Assembly: GCA_034005005.1 (NCBI GenBank)
Contig: JAVEVO010000010.1
Span: 467 to 64,466 of the forward strand
Source: Myxococcota bacterium
GTDB lineage: Bacteria > Myxococcota_A > JAVEVO01
Length of the DNA stretch: 64,000 bases
Direction of reading: 5' to 3'
Numbering within the stretch: the stretch's first letter is position 1; each line of letters starts with the position of its first letter. This document shows positions 59,173-64,000 of the stretch, piece by piece. The notes under the pieces are model-generated. The model saw only the letters and a list, made by a program, of their open reading frames with translations. It searched no databases and had not been told where the DNA came from. The translations under genes and the position numbers were made by a program.

Positions 59173-62100
59173 ATGTCGAAAAAACAGCCCGCGGGTGGCC
59201 GGGGGGCCACCTCGTCCGCCGTGCTCGCACCGTGCCCTCCGGCGCCCGGTGCGAAGCCATCTGCCCGGCTCTCGTGGGTGCTGCTGGCCCTCGTCTTGGG
59301 CGGTTGCACGAGCTGGCCGGATCCCGACGTCCACCCCGAGCCGGGGCAGGACACGGGCGGCTCCGGGCCAGCCGACGCCGGCTCGCCGCCTCGCGACGGC
59401 GGCCCACCGCCCCGGGACCTCGGGGGAGGGGAGGATGCGTCCGACCGCGACCTGAGCCCGATCCGGGACCTCTCCTCCGGCGAGGACCTCGCCGGGGCCG
59501 ATGGCGGGGCCGACCGTGACCTCACCCCCGCGGACCAGGGCGGCGCCGACCCCGACCTCACCCCCGCGGACCAGGGCGGGGCCGACCGTGACCTCACCCC
59601 CGCGGACCAGGGCGTTCCCGTGGACCTGGCCGATCGGGACTTTGGTTCCAGAGACCTGGGCCCAGTCGAGGATGGTCCGTCGCCCTTGCCGGACGGTCAG
59701 GTGGGCGATCTTTACCCCGTGACGGACCTGGGGCCCTTGGCCGACGCGGCGGGGCCCTTGGATGCGGCCGACGCCGGTGCCCTCGGGCCAGTGCTCGATC
59801 CGTCGCGGTGCACGGTCCACGTCCAGCCCGCGGCCGGGGTCCTCGCGGACGGGCTCGCCGAGGCCGAGATCACGGTCCGGCTGTTCGACCTGGAGGGCCG
59901 GCCGGTGGTCGGCGAGGCCGTCCGGCTCGTGGCCAGCGGCACGGGCAACCGGCTGGATCCGGCGGCAGGGTTCACCGATCCGTCGGGGACCTTCGTCGGT
60001 CGGCTGTCGTCGACGCGCGCGGAGCGCAAGCAGGTCGGTGCCCTGGTCGGCCCCGGTGCGGCCGCAGTCTCCCTGCCGGTCGTCGCCGAGGTCGAGTTCG
60101 TGGCCGGGCCGGCCGCCGCGCTCGTCGTCGTCGATTTCCCGGCGGAGGCCCTGGCCGGAGAGCCGTTCGTCCTCACCGTGGCCGCGCTCGACGCCTCGGG
60201 GAACCCGGTCTCCCTGGCCGATCGGCCCGTCTTCGTCTCTCTGGTCGCGGGGCCTCCCGGCGCGTCCCTGTACGGGCGTAGCGCCGTCCTCGATCCCGCC
60301 GGGACGGTCAGCTTCCCGGAGTTGATGCTCACGGTGGCCGGGGAAGGCTACGTGCTCGAGGTCCGGGCGTTCGGACTCCCCGCCCTGACGACGCCCCCCC
60401 TGAGCATCCTGCCCAACGCTCCGCAGACGCTGCGGTTTTTCACCCAGCCCGGGGCGGTCCGGGCCGGGCAGCCCTTCGACCCTCCGGTCGAGCTCGAGGT
60501 GCTGGACGCCCACGGCAACCCGACGGACGGTGACCAGCCCGTGCGCCTCTCCCTGCTCGGGCGTCCCGTGGACGGGACGGGCCTGCTCGGGACGTGGGAG
60601 CTCTTGCCGGTCGACGGCCGGGCGCGCTTCGGGGACCTGCGGCCGACCCTCGCGGGGGCCGCGCAGGTGCTGCAGGCGGACTGCCTCGGGCTGCCCACGA
60701 CGCACTCCGCACCCTTCGCCGTCTTGCCGGGCGGTCCGCAGACCCTGGTCTTCTCCGTGCAACCCACGGATGTCGACGTGGGCTCCGCGATCACCCCCGC
60801 ACCTCGGGTCGAGGCCCGGGACGAGTATGGCAACCGCTCCCCGGGGAACGGGCTGCTGACGGTGCAGCTCGCGCTCTCGGGTGGGCCGGCCGGAGCCGAG
60901 CTCCTCGGGAGTCTGGCCGCGCCGCTCAGGGACGACGCGGTCTTCGCGGGCCTGCAGGTCAGCACCGCGGGCGCTGGCTACCGGCTCGTGGCCACGGCCG
61001 AGGGGCTGACGGCCGCGCTGAGCGACGCGTTCTCCGTCCGGACGGCTGAGCTGCGGCTGGTCCTGGGCGAGCTGCCCGCCTCGCTGCCCGCGGGCGCCTC
61101 CTTCGACCTCACGGTCGCGCTCGTGGGCGAGGACGGCTTGCCCGTCCTGGGCCGCGACCGGGCCGTCACCCTGAGCTTGGAGGGCCCGGGGGGGCTCTAT
61201 CCGTTTCCGCCGGGCCCCCGCCCGACCCAGGGGGGCACCGTCACCTTCCGCTCCCTGGTGATCCGGGTGGCGGGGGAGGGCTATCGTTTCCGGGCGACCG
61301 CGACCGACGCGGCCCCCGCGCAGAGCGACCCCTTTTCCGTGCTCCCCGGCCCCGCGAGCAGTCTGGCATGTCTCGATATCCCGGCTTCTGTGCAATCGGG
61401 CGAGATTTTTTTGATGAATGTGGACGTGCTCGATGCCTGGGGCAACCGCTGCTCGGGGCCCGAGACGGTGAAGTTGACTCCCGGCGCCTGCTCCGGCGTG
61501 CTCGCCGGCACCTTCCAGCGCATGGGCGCCCCGCCGATCTCCTTCGATGATCTGTCGCTCACCGGTGGCGAGGGGGGGAGCTGCACGGTGCTCGCCGGTC
61601 TCGTGGGGACCGCGATCACGGCTTCGTGCCCGGCGATCCGGATCTCGGCCCCGCCGAGCTGCGGTCTGCGCTTCGCCTCCCTGCCGGCCGTGGTGACCGC
61701 CGGCCACCCGCTCCCCGTGGAGATCGCCGTGCTCGACGACTCCGGCGAGGTCCTCTCGGAGCAGGAGGCCGTGGTGCAGATCGCCCTGGCCGAGGGGCCG
61801 CCGGGGGCGATCCTGCACGGCAGCCTCGCGACCCTCACCGTGGACGGCCTGGCCCAGTTCGACGATCTCCACCTGGAGCAGGCCGGTAGCTACCGGCTGG
61901 TCGCGACCTCCGGCGAGTGCACCGCGGCGACCTCGGCCTCGTTCGAGGTCCTGCCGGACGCGATCGCCCGCCTCGCCCTGGACTCCTTCACCCCGGAGGT
62001 CGAGGCCGGGCTGCCCCCAGCCTCTCCCTTCGTGGTCCGGCTGGTCGACCGGTTCGGCAACACCGTCCCGCAGCCCCCGCAGGAGCTGCAGCTCTCCCTC

Positions 62101-64000
62101 GAGGGCCCGGCCGTGCGCGGAAGCGGCCTCGGGACGCGCACCACCAGCCTGGGCGGCCTCGTGCTGGACGACCTGATCGTCCACGAGCTGGCCGAGGGGC
62201 TGGTGCTGCGGGTCGAGGCCGCGGGGCTGCCCCCCCTGCTGAGCCCCCCCTTCGCCAGCGTGCTGCCCGCGGGGGCGCGGCTGGCCTACACCAGCGCCCC
62301 GCAGGTCGCCCGGGCCGGCCTGCCCCTGAGCCCGGAGGTCGCCCTGCTGCTGCTCGATCCCCTCAACCGCACGGTGCTGCTCGATGGGCTGACCGTCTCC
62401 CTGGCCCTCGCCGGGGGACCGGCCGACGCCCTGCTCGGCCCGACCACGGCCAGCACCGTCGACGGGGCGGTGAGCTTCGCCGGGCTCGCGGTGACCGCGG
62501 TCGGGCGGGTCCAGATCGTCGCCACCGCGCCGGAACTGGCGCCGGTGGGCAGCTCTTTCTTCACCGTGCAAGCCGGCGTCCCGGTGGCCCTCGGCTTCGT
62601 CAGCTTCCCCCCCGAGGCCAGGACCTGCGAGAAGCTCTATCCCTACCCGGTCGTCGGCCTGTACGACGCCTGGGGGCACCAGCACACCGAGGTCGTCGAT
62701 CCCCCGATCCCGCTCGTGGTGACGCTCGGCGAGCACCCCGCGGGCGCGACCCTCGGCGGGACCACCTCCACCCAGATCAACGTCGTCGCCACGGTGACCC
62801 TCGGCAACCTCGTCCTGTCGATGCCGGGCCGGACCTCCCTGGTGGTGAGCAGCCCCGGGCTGGCCGCCGCGCTCTCGCCTGCTTTCACGGTGCAGCTAGG
62901 TGCGCCGAGCGCCTTGCACTTCCGGACTCCGCTCACCGAGGTTTGGGCCGGTGAGCCCCTGCCCACCTCGAGGGTCACCGCGGAGGACTGCGCGGGCAAC
63001 ATCGTAACGGATTTCGTCGGCAACGTGACCGTATCACTGCAATATGACAGCAGCAACAGTCTGGCGGGGACCCTGCAACGCCCGCTGGTCGCAGGGGTGG
63101 CCCTCTTCGACGATCTCCATGTCCGACGGATCGACGACGACTGGCGACTGGTTGCGACGGCCTCGGGGATCGGCGCGGGCACTTCCGAGCCGTTCCGGGT
63201 GGTGCCGGGGCCCGCGGCGAGCTACGCCTCCTGGCTCTCCGGCTCGGTGAAGGCGGGAGTCCCCTTCACGGCCAGCGTCAGGGTGAGCGACGCGTTCGGC
63301 AACCCGGCTCCCGATGGGCTCCCCGTCACGGTCTCCCTGGTCGAAGGCCCGGCCGCGGCGGTGCTCTCGGGCACGCTCGAGCAGGCGGTCCAGTTCGGCA
63401 CGGCCCGCTTCCCGGACCTGGTGCTCGATCGCGCCGGCGAGGGCTACGTGCTGCGCTTCCAGGCCTCCGGGGGCGGTTCGGGCGATGGCGCTCCCTTCGC
63501 GGTCCAGCCGGGCAGCCCCGCGACCGTCCGCTTCAAGGTGCAGCCTGGCGACACCGCGCCCGGGGCCATCCTCCTCCCGGCCGTCGAGCTGGAGGTCCTC
63601 GATCAGGGCGGGGCCCTGGCCACCAACGCCTTTGGGACGCTCGAGCTCCGCCTGGCCGGGCCGCCACCCGGGGTGATCCTCAGCGGCGGCACCGGGCGGC
63701 TGGTGCAGCAGGGAGTCGCGTCCTTCGGGGCGCTCTCCGTCAACAAGCCGGGCGCGGGGTTCGCGCTCGTCGCCCGCTACGTCGACTCTGCGGGCGGGTA
63801 CGCGCTCGAGGCGACCTCCGCGCGGTTCGATGTCGGCGAGGCCGCGAGCCTGGTCTTCCTCGACCAGCCGAGCTGCGCGATCGCGGGCTCGCGCCTCGTG
63901 CCCGACCTGCGCGTCGAGCTGCGGACCGCGGACGGGCAGCCGTTCCGCGGGGCGACGGTGCCCGTGAGCATGAGCCTGGAGGCCGACCCGGGGGAGCTCT
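59173..64000 (+). CDS. Giant lipoprotein of >=17 tandem ~95-aa Ig-like (Big/invasin-like) domains. 5' partial; continues past the window end
   Basis: ATG at 59173. Lipobox LVLGGC. Uniform GC3 bias over 4.8 kb with no stop. Absent from the ORF track because no stop lies in the window. The 1235-aa antisense ORF 59029..62736 is an artefact. Confidence 0.8.
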   Translation, partial: MSKKQPAGGRGATSSAVLAPCPPAPGAKPSARLSWVLLALVLGGCTSWPDPDVHPEPGQDTGGSGPADAGSPPRDGGPPPRDLGGGEDASDRDLSPIRDLSSGEDLAGADGGADRDLTPADQGGADPDLTPADQGGADRDLTPADQGVPVDLADRDFGSRDLGPVEDGPSPLPDGQVGDLYPVTDLGPLADAAGPLDAADAGALGPVLDPSRCTVHVQPAAGVLADGLAEAEITVRLFDLEGRPVVGEAVRLVASGTGNRLDPAAGFTDPSGTFVGRLSSTRAERKQVGALVGPGAAAVSLPVVAEVEFVAGPAAALVVVDFPAEALAGEPFVLTVAALDASGNPVSLADRPVFVSLVAGPPGASLYGRSAVLDPAGTVSFPELMLTVAGEGYVLEVRAFGLPALTTPPLSILPNAPQTLRFFTQPGAVRAGQPFDPPVELEVLDAHGNPTDGDQPVRLSLLGRPVDGTGLLGTWELLPVDGRARFGDLRPTLAGAAQVLQADCLGLPTTHSAPFAVLPGGPQTLVFSVQPTDVDVGSAITPAPRVEARDEYGNRSPGNGLLTVQLALSGGPAGAELLGSLAAPLRDDAVFAGLQVSTAGAGYRLVATAEGLTAALSDAFSVRTAELRLVLGELPASLPAGASFDLTVALVGEDGLPVLGRDRAVTLSLEGPGGLYPFPPGPRPTQGGTVTFRSLVIRVAGEGYRFRATATDAAPAQSDPFSVLPGPASSLACLDIPASVQSGEIFLMNVDVLDAWGNRCSGPETVKLTPGACSGVLAGTFQRMGAPPISFDDLSLTGGEGGSCTVLAGLVGTAITASCPAIRISAPPSCGLRFASLPAVVTAGHPLPVEIAVLDDSGEVLSEQEAVVQIALAEGPPGAILHGSLATLTVDGLAQFDDLHLEQAGSYRLVATSGECTAATSASFEVLPDAIARLALDSFTPEVEAGLPPASPFVVRLVDRFGNTVPQPPQELQLSLEGPAVRGSGLGTRTTSLGGLVLDDLIVHELAEGLVLRVEAAGLPPLLSPPFASVLPAGARLAYTSAPQVARAGLPLSPEVALLLLDPLNRTVLLDGLTVSLALAGGPADALLGPTTASTVDGAVSFAGLAVTAVGRVQIVATAPELAPVGSSFFTVQAGVPVALGFVSFPPEARTCEKLYPYPVVGLYDAWGHQHTEVVDPPIPLVVTLGEHPAGATLGGTTSTQINVVATVTLGNLVLSMPGRTSLVVSSPGLAAALSPAFTVQLGAPSALHFRTPLTEVWAGEPLPTSRVTAEDCAGNIVTDFVGNVTVSLQYDSSNSLAGTLQRPLVAGVALFDDLHVRRIDDDWRLVATASGIGAGTSEPFRVVPGPAASYASWLSGSVKAGVPFTASVRVSDAFGNPAPDGLPVTVSLVEGPAAAVLSGTLEQAVQFGTARFPDLVLDRAGEGYVLRFQASGGGSGDGAPFAVQPGSPATVRFKVQPGDTAPGAILLPAVELEVLDQGGALATNAFGTLELRLAGPPPGVILSGGTGRLVQQGVASFGALSVNKPGAGFALVARYVDSAGGYALEATSARFDVGEAASLVFLDQPSCAIAGSRLVPDLRVELRTADGQPFRGATVPVSMSLEADPGEL

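Noticed and set aside
59029-62736. 1235-aa minus-strand ORF
   Set aside because: Antisense to the giant plus-strand Ig-repeat gene, which has consistent GC3 bias and repeat structure. The minus frame is low-complexity R/G/P-rich.

Overview
High-GC (~70%) chromosomal segment with the hallmarks of Myxococcota: many lipoproteins with LxxC lipoboxes, a Hanks-type Ser/Thr kinase, a hybrid GAF-PAS histidine kinase, MopE-like and other Cys-rich repeats, and (GEGEGxE)n acidic linkers. Coding density is high on both strands. Most long ORFs in the six-frame track are antisense or alternative-frame artefacts of the GC content; genes were called from ORFs showing GC3 bias, an RBS and recognisable motifs. 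No rRNA, canonical tRNA, CRISPR array, transposase or integrase was found. Main content: (i) a ~2.95-kb near-identical direct duplication (1-2947 and 6242-9190) carrying an 800-aa SEC-C-motif protein gene. Each copy ends exactly at a tRNA-like T-arm/acceptor fragment. The two copies are separated by a 3.3-kb insert with an AAA+ ATPase (Arch_ATPase/DUF234-like), an apparently truncated membrane-protein gene and a small zinc-ribbon ORF. (ii) Housekeeping and metabolic genes: add, ade, preT-preA, rsgA, aqpZ, an MscS-family channel, a GT51 transglycosylase-domain protein, an FGE/SUMF1 enzyme, an alpha/beta hydrolase and an NmrA-like protein. (iii) An envelope/secretome cluster: an HExxH lipoprotein, a PEGA outer-membrane protein, a trypsin-like S1 protease with Cys-rich repeats, a Kazal/Cys-rich lipoprotein, a MopE-like lipoprotein, an L-type-lectin lipoprotein, and a giant Ig-like repeat lipoprotein running past the window end. 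(iv) Two candidate secreted effectors: a DUF4157 (HExxH) protein with a lower-GC Lys-rich C-terminal domain and an adjacent downstream gene, and a CHAP-domain protein. They share an N-terminal 'LPYE[DE]Q' leader motif. Other notable features: 39-bp perfect tandem repeats encoding a CxCPHG Cys/His repeat protein, and an AT-rich island with a sigma54-like -24/-12 element.
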